NCBI RefSeq assembly: GCF_006345805.1
Contig: NC_043006.1
Coordinates: forward strand, 13,206,001-13,270,000
DNA length: 64,000 bases
Origin: Octopus sinensis
Taxonomy: Eukaryota
Direction: 5' to 3'
Both the position numbers and the translations under genes were made by a program. This document shows, one piece after another, positions 12,735-24,216 of the stretch. How positions within the stretch are numbered: position 1 is the stretch's first letter; every line of letters starts with the position of its first letter. The notes beneath the pieces were generated by a model that saw nothing but the letters and a program-made list of their open reading frames with translations, was not told the origin of the DNA and ran no database searches.

Positions 12735-13437
12735 CTGAGGATCAGCCGGGAGAAGACAAAAGTGCTGCGTATCAACAACAAGCAGGAAGAGCCAATCACA
12801 TTCGAGGGGGCACCTGTGGAGGACGTTAGTGAGTTTTTCTATCTTGGCAGCAAGTTCAGCATATTAGGTTGATCAGACGAGGACATCATGGCAAGAAGCA
12901 AGAAGGCTTAGCAAGCCTTCGCTATTCTTCGGCCGGTATGGAAGTCCACCGCCATCTCAACTCGAACTAAACTCCGCTTATTTAGTTCAAACGTAAAATC
13001 TGTGCTTTTGTATGGCTCTGAAACATGGAGAGCCACCTGCAGCAACTACAAGAAGATCCAGACCTTCATCAACAAATGTCTCTGGCAGATCCTCCATCTG
13101 AAGTGGTTCGACCGAGTACCAAACGCCGGCCTGTGGGAAAGGGCCAACCAGGAGCCCATGCATGTTCAGATTAGACGAAGGAAATGGAGATGGATCGGAC
13201 TTACACTGCGGAAAAAAACCCTCAAATGTGACACAACAAGCACTTGACTGGAATCCGCAGGGGAAAAGGTAGCGAGGACGCCCGAAGCAGACATGGAAGC
13301 GGAGCATTTTGGACGAGCTGAGGACCACTGGCCTGACATGGGAAGCAGCTAAGAAACACGCCAATGACCGCAAAAAGTGGAAAACAACTGTTGAGGCCCT
13401 ATGCCCCACAAGGGGGAAAAAGGATTAAGAAGAAGAT
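12735..13437 (+). mobile_element. RTE-clade LINE, 5'-truncated 3' end
   Basis: LRISREKTKVLRIN...EFFYLGS...VWKSTAISTRTKLRLFSSNVKSVLLYGSETW...IRRRKWRWIG; ends GGATTAAGAAGAAGA; in-frame stops present. Confidence 0.9.
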
Positions 13438-13491
13438 ATATATACATATATATATATCTGTATACCATATTTTCAAATTATTATTATTATT

Positions 13492-15398
13492 ACCTTTTTT
13501 TTCTTCTTTCAAATTTGCTTTCATTTCTTGCCGAGTGTCTTCCCGACTCCTAGGGCAAAGAAACTCATAGTATACATTGGTAGGCCATTAAACCAAACTC
13601 AATAGTTCGTTCATTTTTTTTTTTTTCTTCTAAGTTAAATTAAAATACATGAGCAGCAACAGTTCTCACATCGACAATGCTCTTCTCAATACGTGTGATG
13701 TACCAGTTAAGACAATCTTTTGCACTTCTTGCAGGGATGGTAAGCCAGGGATCATTCTCATATAATTTTCGGTTCCCTTCTTGATCATTCCTAGTGTTCC
13801 TACGATCACTGGTATTGTAACCGCCTTTGGCCTTGATGGTTCGGTCTGTATGTATTGGAATGTCCCACAGAATGGTTACATTTTCTCCTTCAGTTACGGC
13901 CTCAGGGTGGTGATTATACCATTTGTCGGCAGTTTTGATATTGTCATGCCGACTTATTAGCCAGTGTAGATATTGGCCAACTCTGTCATGTCTTAATCTA
14001 TACTGCACTGGAGCTAAGACTTTACATCCAGAGATTAGGTGGTCCACTGTTTCAATCATGTCGTTGCAGAATCGGCATTTTGGGTCTGCTCCATTTTTCA
14101 TCACATTGGCCTGGTAGTTCCGGGTTAATAGGCTTTGATCTTGAGCAGCCAGGATGAAACCTTCGCTCTCTGCTTTTAGCCCTGAGCTCCGTAGCCACTG
14201 ATGGGTTTGCTTCTGGTCAACATCAGCTTGTTTGCTGCGGGTCACATATTTGCCGTGCAGAGGTTTCCCCTCCCACCTATCAGCCAATTGCTCGTGCGCT
14301 TTTTTCGTTGCCATTATTTTCACCTTCTTTGCAACAATAATTGCCGTACTTCCCTCGGGTTGTTCTGTTTTGGTATCCTGCACGAGATCAATAGCAAATT
14401 GTTTGCTTTCCTTTATGAAAGAATGAAGCTTCTTTCGTCTCTCGTGATTTTCCACGAGCTTTAGCATCCAGTCATTCGATATTTCGAGATATTTGGCCAG
14501 TCCAATTGTGGTTGTTTTGTAAGCTAGTTCAAATTGGATCAGGCCTCGACCTCCTTGGGCTCTGGGAAGGTAAAGGCGATCTACGTCTGCCTTTGGGTGG
14601 TGCATCCTATTACAACTCAGCAGCTTGCGTATTTTCCTATCTATATTTTTTACTTCACTCATATTCCAGTTCAACACATTGTAGCTATAAGTAACAACTG
14701 GAACTGCTAAGGAATTTATAGCTAACACCTTGTTACGGGCATTTAGTTCAAATTTCAGGACTGCACGAACTCTCCTATAACATTCCTTCCTGATCTTCTC
14801 TTTCATGCTTGCATGCTGAATACCAGAGCCTTCATTTATCCCTAAATATTTGTATGTTTGTTCTTGCTCAAGCTCTCTTATGACTGTGTCAACATCTAAC
14901 ACGACTGAATTTGTGGTCTTCACTTCCCCTTTCTGGAAAGTGGCCTTGGCACACTTCTCAAGTCCAAACTCTATCCCGATGTCATCGCTGAATGCTTTCA
15001 CAGTGCGCAATAGGCCTTCAAGTTCATTATTGTCTTTACCATAAAGTTTTAAGTCATCCATATAAAATAGATGGCTTACTTTTTTATTGGCAATTTTATA
15101 CCCATACCCTGTTCTGTTTAATTCACTTGTAAGGGGTATTAGGGCTATGCAGAATATTAAAGGTGAAAGTGAGTCACCTGGAAAAATTCCACAGTTGATG
15201 TTTATATTTTCTGAGGTAAGTACTCCATTAGAGTGGTATAATTGGAGATTCGTATTCCACAACGACATATTGTGCTTCAGGAAGTTTGAAATCACAGGGG
15301 AAATTTTGAAGATGTCCAGCGATCTCAAGATCCATGGATGCGGTATACTGTCGAAGGCCTTTTTATAGTCAATCCATGCGGTGCTGAGATTTCTGCGC

Positions 15399-15401
<3 letters not shown>
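13492..15401 (-). mobile_element. Dong/R4-clade RLE non-LTR retrotransposon, 5'-truncated, endonuclease core deleted
   Basis: In frame from ~15400: WIDYKKAFDSIPH, GIFPGDSLSP, LFYMDDLKLY, CCHC knuckle CRFCNDMIETVDHLISGC, ILWDIPIHTDRTIKA; flanked by (TAA)n on both sides. Confidence 0.88.
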
Positions 15402-15438
<37 letters not shown>

Positions 15439-15455
15439 CATCATCATCATCATCA

Positions 15456-15508
<53 letters not shown>
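15402..15508. repeat. (TTA)n(TCA)n(TTA)n microsatellite
   Basis: Direct reading. Confidence 0.97.
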
Positions 15509-15510
<2 letters not shown>

Positions 15511-15932
15511 ATATGCATATGCTGGTGCAAGCACGCTATCTTTAAAATAGCATGTTTTACAATGATTTAATATCATTTTATCATATACCCCTTTAGAGTA
15601 TAGGCATAAATATATATACGGTATGCATGTGGGAATAAGTATGGCAAGACATACAACATGAAGGAAGCTCGAACGTCAACAGAAGAAAACGTAAAATGGA
15701 GCAAGCTCCAAGCTGAAATGTTATCAAATGCACTCATAAAGCAATGAAAATTACTGTCTAAATACACTTCGATACATTATTAATACAGCTAGTATCTGTT
15801 ACTAAACACAGTATCTTCGTAAATACCGTTATTCTACCTACTTTTGAGTGAAGTGAGAAATTAAGCGCATCTCATTCGCATTGATGCAAACCTATCGAGA
15901 GAAATGTGTTTTGTGTTAATATATTATAACGT

Positions 15933-16245
15933 GTGGAGGCACAATGGCCCAGTGGTTAGGGCAACGGACTCGCGGTCGGAGGATCGCGGTTTCGATTCCC
16001 AGACCGGGCGTTGTGTGTGTTTATTGAGCGAAAACACCTAAAAGCTCCACGAGGCTCCGGCAGGGGGATGGTGGTGATCCCTGCTGTACTCTTTCACCAC
16101 TTTTTCTCTCACTCTTTCGTCTGTTAGCCTGCTCGCTTAGCCAGCGGGGTGGCGTCATTCGAAGGCTAAAACAATGCGAACGCATTGTGACCAGCGATGT
16201 GTAGCAACATCTGATGGTCTGGTCGGTCACGTGATCAGTCACGTG
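15933..16245 (+). mobile_element. SINE family A head with tail type 2
   Basis: GTGGAGGCACAATGGCCCAGTGG...GGTTTCGATTCCC; 12-bp TSD ATATTATAACGT at 15921-15932 and 16246-16257. Confidence 0.92.
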
Positions 16246-16565
16246 ATATTATAACGTACAGTAATATAATGAAATATTGTTACATACGAAATAATAGTAA
16301 AGCGAAGCAAGTCAATATGTAGATGTTTAGTAGCAATATAATCTTAGTATCAATTATGTTGAAAAGAAAAGCACTAAAACCGTTGTTAAAGAAACGAAAT
16401 GTTAATTCTCAGTAGAACACCGGCAAAGCATGCAACAGTTGAAAATGTAAAAAAGCAGTCAGCTACATGATAAAATATTGTAAAGCAGTTGTTAACCGAA
16501 CGTGCATTTAATATAGGCTTCAAATTTTGGCATAAGACCAATAAATTCGGTGGAGGGGAAAAGTA

Positions 16566-17103
16566 TTGGGTTGTCCGGAAAGTTCGTGCCGATTTTTAAA
16601 GTAAAGAAAAGGGTCAATAAATACTTGCCATTACAACCAAATATGAACCATTTTGTTGCACAATGCGTCTCCATATTTCCTTTATCTTGAATTCAGGTGG
16701 TTTCATGGCAAAGAATTCATCAAGGTATCTTTTTACGTCATCCAAGGAATTGAAATTTTTACCATTAATACTATTCTGCAGAGACCTGAATAAGTGGAAA
16801 TCCGAAGGAGCAGTATTTGGTGAATATGGAGGGTGGGGTAACACATCCGAGCTGAGCTCCAGCAATTTTTGTCTGGTTCCCAAAGTATCAAGTGCCGAAA
16901 ATGAACTTTCTTATCTTCCATTTTAAAGGGTTACAGAATTAACACAGGTTAAAGGAACATAAACCTTCTTCCACGAAAAGATAGCTTAAACTGTACTCTA
17001 AATGGAGGCGTAATCAAATCCTATTTTATGAACCCAACCATGTTCTAAAATAACTCGAAAGGTAAACTACTGTAAATCGGTACGAACTTTCCGGACAACC
17101 CAA
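16566..17103 (-). mobile_element. Internally deleted mariner (538 bp) with both TIRs and TA TSD
   Basis: TIRs TTGGGTTGTCCGGAAAGTTCGT(G/A)CCGATTT at both ends, flanked by TA; retains HPPYSPNTAPSDFHLFRSLQN. Confidence 0.93.
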
Positions 17104-17119
17104 TAGTTTACATTGATCC

Positions 17120-17490
17120 CAATGTTCAACTGGTACATATTTAATCGAACCCGAAAGAATGAAGGCAAATTCAACCTCGGTGGAATTTGAACTCAGAACA
17201 TAAAGACGGACGAAATGCCGCTAAGCATTTTTCCTAACGTGTTAATGATTCTGCTAGCTCGCCGCCTTAACGTGCATTAAATATTCTTTACTACTGTAGG
17301 AACATGGCTCGAAATTTTGGAGAAGGAACCCAGTTGATTAGAACGACCCCAGTACGCAACTGGTATTTAAATTATCGAGCCCGAAAGGTAAAGTCGACCT
17401 CGGCGGAATTTGAACTCAAATCGTAGCGGCAGACGAAATACCGCTAAGCATTTCGCCCGGCGTGCTAACGATTTTGCCAGCTCACCACCT
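17120..17490 (-). mobile_element. Two older SINE family B copies
   Basis: GAAAGG(T/C)AAAGTCGACCTCGGCGGAATTTGAACTC signature twice. Confidence 0.8.
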
Positions 17491-17894
17491 TTTACTTGTT
17501 TCGCCCTGTCAGTTATGACCATGCTGGGAAAGTGGGGTACCACCTTTGAAAAATCAATTTTACCACGATGTGATTGGAACATGCAGTCTTCTGATCTGGA
17601 GTCAGATAAACTGCTGTTTTGCCATTATTCTAAGCAAGACTTTATTGAACTACCTTTGGATTAGCTTTGTATTAGCTTAGCACACGTAGTCTGAAAAAAG
17701 TTGCTCTTCAGAGGCGAAATGAAAAAGAGGTCAATTAGCGTATTCACGTTCGATTATGTACTTTTCCGATCAATAAGTATCCGGACTGTTGTCATAGTAA
17801 CGAAGCTAAAACACGCAGAGTAAAGCCGCTTGGTATAGATTGACCTCCAACTCTTCTATGCATGCACACTAAGATTTCACGTTCTAGCTCTCTT

Positions 17895-18495
17895 CTGCTG
17901 CTTACAGCAGTACTTGGAAGTAACGTCTGTAACGTATGATCGTCGCATTGACCATGACAGAGAAAGTTGAACAGAGAATCTGCATCAAATTTGCCAAGAG
18001 CTTGGCAATATCTGCTCGGAGGCCTACGCAAAGTTTTCAAACAGTTTTCATCTTTCTCGACACGGTCAAGGAGATCTTGTGCAACTGAAACCCGAGTGTC
18101 TACTTGGTCAGCTGAAAGCCGTTTGGCACAAACTCGGCAGACACGCGTCTCATTCGCGAATCTTCAGTAATAATGGACTGAACTGAACCGTAACTAATCT
18201 GCGCATCCTCTGATAACTCACAGATGGAGATACGACGATTTCCACTCGTACATCTGTGATGATTTTCTCAGTTTTGCTGGTTGCTGGTCTCCCGGAACGT
18301 TCGTCACTATCGACATTTTTCGGCCATCTTGGAAACTCTGGACCACTCGTACACTTGTGTGCGACACATACACTCCTCTCCATACAATTTCTGCAACTTT
18401 GCGTAGGCCTCTGAGCAGGTATTGACAACTTTTTCTGTCGTGATCAATGCGACGATCACGTTACACACCTTCCTTCCAAGAATTGCTGTAAATAG
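17895..18495. mobile_element. Two mariner 5' fragments in opposite orientation
   Basis: Plus: MTEKVEQRICIKF...SEAYAK; minus: NTCSEAYAKLQKLYGEECMCRTQVYEW...DSDERSGRPATSKT. Confidence 0.78.
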
Positions 18496-18984
18496 AAGAT
18501 GTGAGTTAGAACAACAGAGGTCAAGGTCAATCTGTGTCAAGCGGCTTCACTCGACATCCTTTAATTTCGTTACTATGGCAACAAACCGAATACTTATTGA
18601 TCAGATCTCGTATGTCACCATTTTCTCTCTCGTTGTTCACAGAACAAACGATTATCTGTTATCGGTTATTAGACATCAGAACCAATCAGTAAATGTTTTT
18701 GTTAACTGAATTCTTTAAACAAGTGCTAAAAATCTTATTAGTCACATGGCTTATGAGACACACACAGCAAAGCCGAAACACCGTTGTCCAAAAGACCTCT
18801 TACCGTAGTGAATTCAGTGTCTTATGAATATACAGTTGTGTAAGAGGAAAAGTTATTCTCCAAAGAGAAAATGCAACAGCAATTAGCATATTAACGTTGG
18901 AATCTGCATGAATAACTACGTCACTTTTATTCTCACAGTTGTCCAAGAAAATTATCGATTTCTACGTACCTATTTGTTTACTAC

Positions 18985-19202
18985 TCACAACGGGCCAAAC
19001 ACAGAGAGGACAAACAAGGACAGACAAACTGATTAAGTCGATTATATCGACCCCAGAGCATAAGTGGTACTTATTTAATCGCCCCGAAAGGATGAAAGGC
19101 AAAGTCGACCTCGGCGGAATATGAACTCAGAACGTAGCGGCAGACGAAATACCGCTAAGCATTTCGCCAGGCGTGCTAACGTTTCTGCCAACTCGCCGCC
19201 TT
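18985..19202 (-). mobile_element. SINE family B
   Basis: Same head and central domain as 8082-8319. Confidence 0.88.
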
Positions 19203-19479
19203 ATATATCAATTTCTACGTACCGCTCCCCTTTCTTTCTGTCTTGCTTTCAACTCCGTGCGTTTCCTCCCGGTTTATCTGAGTATAGCAACTTCCTCTAC
19301 AATATTACTATCTTTACGTTCACCCTACAATACTTGGTTTCGTTCCCTTCATTCCCCAGATAGTTTATCCTCTCATTGCCACATCTCCCACATTATTCGC
19401 CCCCACCCATCTCTACGAATACTTCTCCTTCCAACTCCAGTACTTTCTTCCACTTATTATTTATCCGCAACCTAAGCGA

Positions 19480-19650
19480 CAACGCAATCTACTTTCTCTG
19501 TTCTTTATTATCTGAAGCAGAAGAGAAAAGAAATCAAACGTCGAGATTTTAAGATTTCTCTCACTTCATAGTCGTTGAACTATGGAATTCTACTAAGAAG
19601 TAAATGTTACAGATATCAGATATAAATAGTTTCCAGAGAATCAAGATGTT
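19480..19650 (+). mobile_element. Possible CR1/L2-type LINE 3' remnant
   Basis: Frameshifted IVVELWNS...INSFQR, similar to the CR1 C-terminal RVVxxWNSLP...INxFK motif. Confidence 0.45.
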
Positions 19651-20305
19651 TTGCCTTACATAAACAAACATACGTAAGTAACAATTTAACATGAAGCGTT
19701 TCTTTATGTTTCAAGGCCTAACATCAGACACTTGAGTCTCTTGCTCAAAGGAACATGACTATTTAATGCGGGATTCCACGTAATAAATTAGAATATTCAA
19801 ACACTCTTCTCTCTCCACACTATTGCGTGTTTGATGCCATCTCGGCGTTTCCTACATGAAATTTCGGTGCTTTCAACTCGATGCATTTCCTTCCGGCTTT
19901 TGCTTCTTGCCGGCATTTCTAAATGCGATAACTGGTCATAAGGGAGGTAACTCTTGTAATGACCACAACTACACTACAAATACGCTCGCAATTAAAGGCA
20001 ATTGTTTACAATTTGAACCAGACTTATATATAAGTATATATATATATATGTATATGTATATATATAATATATATATATATATATAATATAATATATATAA
20101 TATATTATATATATATATATATATACACACAATATATTTATACATACATACGTATATATATATATATATATATATATAATAATATCACTGTGATCACTGT
20201 GACCGACCAGGCTATCAGATGTTGTTAACCATCGCTGGTCACAATGCGCTTCGCATTGTCTTAGCCTTCAAATGACGCCACCCGCTGGCTAAGCGAGCAG
20301 GCCAT

Positions 20306-20339
<34 letters not shown>

Positions 20340-20350
20340 ATATATATATA

Positions 20351-23300
20351 AGGAAAAATTTTTTTAAAAATGCAGAATGCTCAAATGAAAGAAAATTTTA
20401 ATAAAATGAGAAATTGATAAAATATAAATATATATTTATTCAACCGGTTTTCGTCATTGTATGACTTGTCAAGAATATTTATGTTTTAAAAAGTTTTTTT
20501 TAAATTAGAAAGGGGAAAAAAAAGAAAATTGCATTGTTTTTTGTAAAAGAATAATGATAAAAATGTACAAAAATTAAAAAATAAGTTCTCCGATACATTG
20601 TGAGTTCGTTGTGTATCTTGAGTTTTATGGTTGTTTACGAAAAAAATTACCTTGAGGTGTTAAGATCCAAAGGGATTAAGAGCATGTGTTGTGGTTGTTA
20701 AATTCAGCATGTTTGCAGGACAGGAAGTAGTAGTAATTGTGGTCCTGGTTCTTCAGTTCCTGTGTTGTGAGTAAGGGGAGACAACTCTTTTGAGTTCTTC
20801 AATAAAACCCAAATTATAAAATTATCATTTTAGCTTCATTTGCGTTATCTTTTTTATATAATTGCTGGTTAACTTAACTTTCAGATTTTAACACTTTATT
20901 TATATTATTTTCTAATTATATAAATCTGCATAGACAATTGCATTTCAAATTGTCATATCATTTATAATAAAAATGATAGTAATAACAACAATAGTAAAAA
21001 TGATATTTAAAGAATATAAGTTTTAGCTTGAAGTGATGAATGCATGGTATCTTTATATATTTGTGTTAGTCCATCCATGAAGAGTGAGGTAGAGAAAGGA
21101 AGTTTGATCAACGAGGAGTTTACATATTAAGTGTTGTTTGCAATTTTTCAATAAAGAGATTCTCCTTGTTAATTCTCTCCTGTGTGGTGATCCCGTCTTT
21201 ACATTGGTAGAAGGGGAATATATAGAATTTGGGGTTTAAGTCTTTAGCACATGAGTCTAAGTGGTCACTCAATGGAATTTGTCGGTATTCTGGGAGATTT
21301 ATTTGTTCTTTATGCACCGTTACTCGTTTACGTAACGGGAGACTCGTTTGTCCAACATAATTATGTTGGCAACCAGCGCATGTGAGAACGTAGATAAGGT
21401 TCTCGGAGGAACAGGAGAAGTTAGTCTTGATTTTAAACTTCGTACCTTGTTTGAAGGTAAATTCAGAGCCTTCAAGTAGAAAGGGGCAGGTACCACAGTT
21501 TGAGCGTGCACATTTTTTACTGTTGGGGGTGGATGTGGTGTGTGAAGTTTGGCATTTGTCAAGAGTTTTTTAAAGATTGTGTTGCCTTTTGCATTTGAGG
21601 ATTTTGTGTGTATTTATAATGTTTTTCATTTTTGGGTCTGTTGACAGTAGACTGAGGTTTTGTATGATTGTGGTGTATGCTTCGATATTTTTGGGGTTGT
21701 GGGTGGAAATGTATGGAAGTATTTTGAGGTTGTGTGTGGTGTTAGGTTGGGTGGTTTTCAGTGTAGTGTCGTCTAGTTCTTTGGCGCGTTTTATTCCATA
21801 CTCTATAAGGGTGGAGGGATATTGACGTTGTAATAGTGTTTTTTTGAGGTCTTGAAGGCGTATTTCTCGTGTTTTTGGATCCGAGACAATGGTGCATACC
21901 CTTTTAGCTAAATTGAAAGGGATATTTGTCTTGGTGTGTTTTGGGTGGCATGAACTAAAGAGGAGGTATTGTTGTGAGTCTGTAGGTTTGTGGTAGATGT
22001 CTGTTATGATTTCGTTCTTAGGTGTTTTATAATTAGGAGATCAAGGAATGGGAGATGATGTTTGCTTAATTCCATAGTGAATTGGATGTTGGGATGTATG
22101 TTGTTTAGTATGGTTTTGAATTCCAGGAGTTTTTCATAAGGTTCTTTCCATATGATGAAACAATCATCTAAATACCTTTTCCAGTTTTCCATTAGGTAGG
22201 TGTGGAAAACATGTCCAAATTTCTGGCTTGATATTTCATAGAGTGACAGTTCGAAGTAACCCATTATGAGGTTCGCAAGGACTGGTGCAGCCTTGGTGCC
22301 CATCGCAATGCCACATTTTTGACGGTAGTGTGTGTCGTCGAAGAGAAAAAAATTGTTTGTCAGAATGAACTTGAGAGATTCTGTAATAAAAGACTTGTTA
22401 ATGCTGTCAGGGAATGTCTCTGGGTGTTTTTCTAGCCAGAAGTCAATTGCCTCTATACGATACTCATGTGGAATGTTGGTGTAGAGGTTGATGACATCAA
22501 AGGATACCAGGAGTGCCTCCTCGTTAACTGTTTTCGGGAGGTGTTTGAGCATGTCCAGATCATCCCTAATGAAACTTTTGATGTGGGTAAGGAAAGGTTT
22601 CAAAAGGATGTCTAGGAAGTTACTCAGGCGGTGTGTTTCACAGGAGGTACCAGCCACGATGGGCCTTAGTTTTAGGTCCTCCGGTGCTTTGATGTTGATG
22701 TGGATGTCAGTGGAGAGTTTGCAGGCTTCGGTGATGTATTTGTTTTTATGGATTTTAGGAAGGCCATAAAAAAGGCTGGGCTTGCATTTGAAAATGGTGA
22801 TATAATCCCTTTCTTTTTCTGTGAGTCCCTGACCGCGTTGGCGTATGAGTGTGGTGAGGTTTCTGATTGTTTTTTGCTGTTTGTAGTTGTTAATACCTCA
22901 TAGAAAATGTTATTGTTAAGCATGGAAAACACTAGGTGTTTTTATAAAATTCCGTGTCCATAAGGACCACAGCACTCCCTTTGTCCGCTTCTTTGATGGT
23001 GAGGTTTTTATCCAGTTGTATGTCACGTAGGTTTTCCCATTCTTCCTTACTGAAATTGGATTTTACCTTGGTTTTGCTTGGGGTAAAGGGGAGACTCTGG
23101 ATGTGTTTGCAGAAATCGTCCAGTGTTTTATTTCTCCATTTTGGTGGTAGGAAGTTGCTTTTATTTCTGATCAATGAATCGTCCCTATTGTTGATATCTG
23201 TCAAAGCTTCTGTTAGGCGAAGTTTTCTGCAGAATTCAGAAACGTCATCCTTGACCTCCGGGGGCTGGGTGTTTCTTGGGTGGGTGTGAATTTCAAACCT

Positions 23301-24216
23301 CTTGCTAGGATGTTGATTTGGGTTGGTGTCAGTGTTTTGCTGGAGAGGTTTATAATTTTTGTTTTCTTATTTTGGGTCTGTGTTAGCGGTGGTGTTTGTA
23401 TTTTTCCCCTCTGTCTAAAAAATGGTTGTTGAGGTAAGGATGTATTCTTTGTTAAAGTTCTGGTTGTATGTGTAGGAGTGTTTTTGGGTGGGGAGGTTGG
23501 AGGGGGGTAGGTAGTTGTCGTATTTGTGTTGGTATGGATGCGATGGTGTAAGGATTTGTGAGAAATGCGATGGGTTTTGTGGGTGTGTGTCTGGTAGATT
23601 GTATGGGGGGATGTAGGGGGGTATGTAGTTGTGGTGATTGGGTTCGTGTGGGATTGAGGGTTTGGAGATCTGTAGGAGATGTGGTAGGAATGTTGTTGTT
23701 GGATGGGTGGACTATAGGGGGTTCGTTGTGGTGGGTATTATATGTATCGGTGTGTGTAGGATGCCTTGTTTGTTATTAGTGTGAGGAGGGGAGCCTTGAT
23801 GGGGGGATAATTTCTAGTGTATGGGAGGTTCTTGAAGGTTCTAATCGGTGGGGGAGGGGTGTTAGAGTGATTGGAAAACCAGGTTTTGTGGTGGTCTTGT
23901 TTGAGATGTTTCGAGGGGGAAAAGGTTTTTTATATATGGTTGGGGGGGTTGTGTCCTGTTAGGAGGGGGTTGGAGAGTATGTGTAGTTGAGGTGCGGTTT
24001 GGATTGGTGTTTATATGGGTACAGTGGAAGTCTGTGTTGTGGGTACTTTTATGAATGGGTTTTTGGATTTATGGTTTAATATGAATTGTGTTTCATAGTT
24101 GAGGAAGAAATCTTTGTTGTTTTCCCAGCGTTTAAGGGAGGTTCCTTCTTCCTTTTCACATTCATCTTTCCATAGTTTAATAACAAGTTCGGGGGGCTGT
24201 TAGTTGGTGTGTGAGG
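20351..24216 (-). mobile_element. Penelope-like element (Neptune type): RT plus GIY-YIG endonuclease, 3' UTR/pLTR
   Basis: IKEADKGSAVV, FYGLPKIHK, LRPIVAG, LVSFDVINLYTNIP, GIAMGTKAAP, WKRYLDDCF, LPFLD, YHKPTD; linker CARSNCGTC; LIYVLTCAGCQHNYVGQT; stop at 21120. Several frameshifts; 5' end cut at the inversion junction. Confidence 0.95.
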
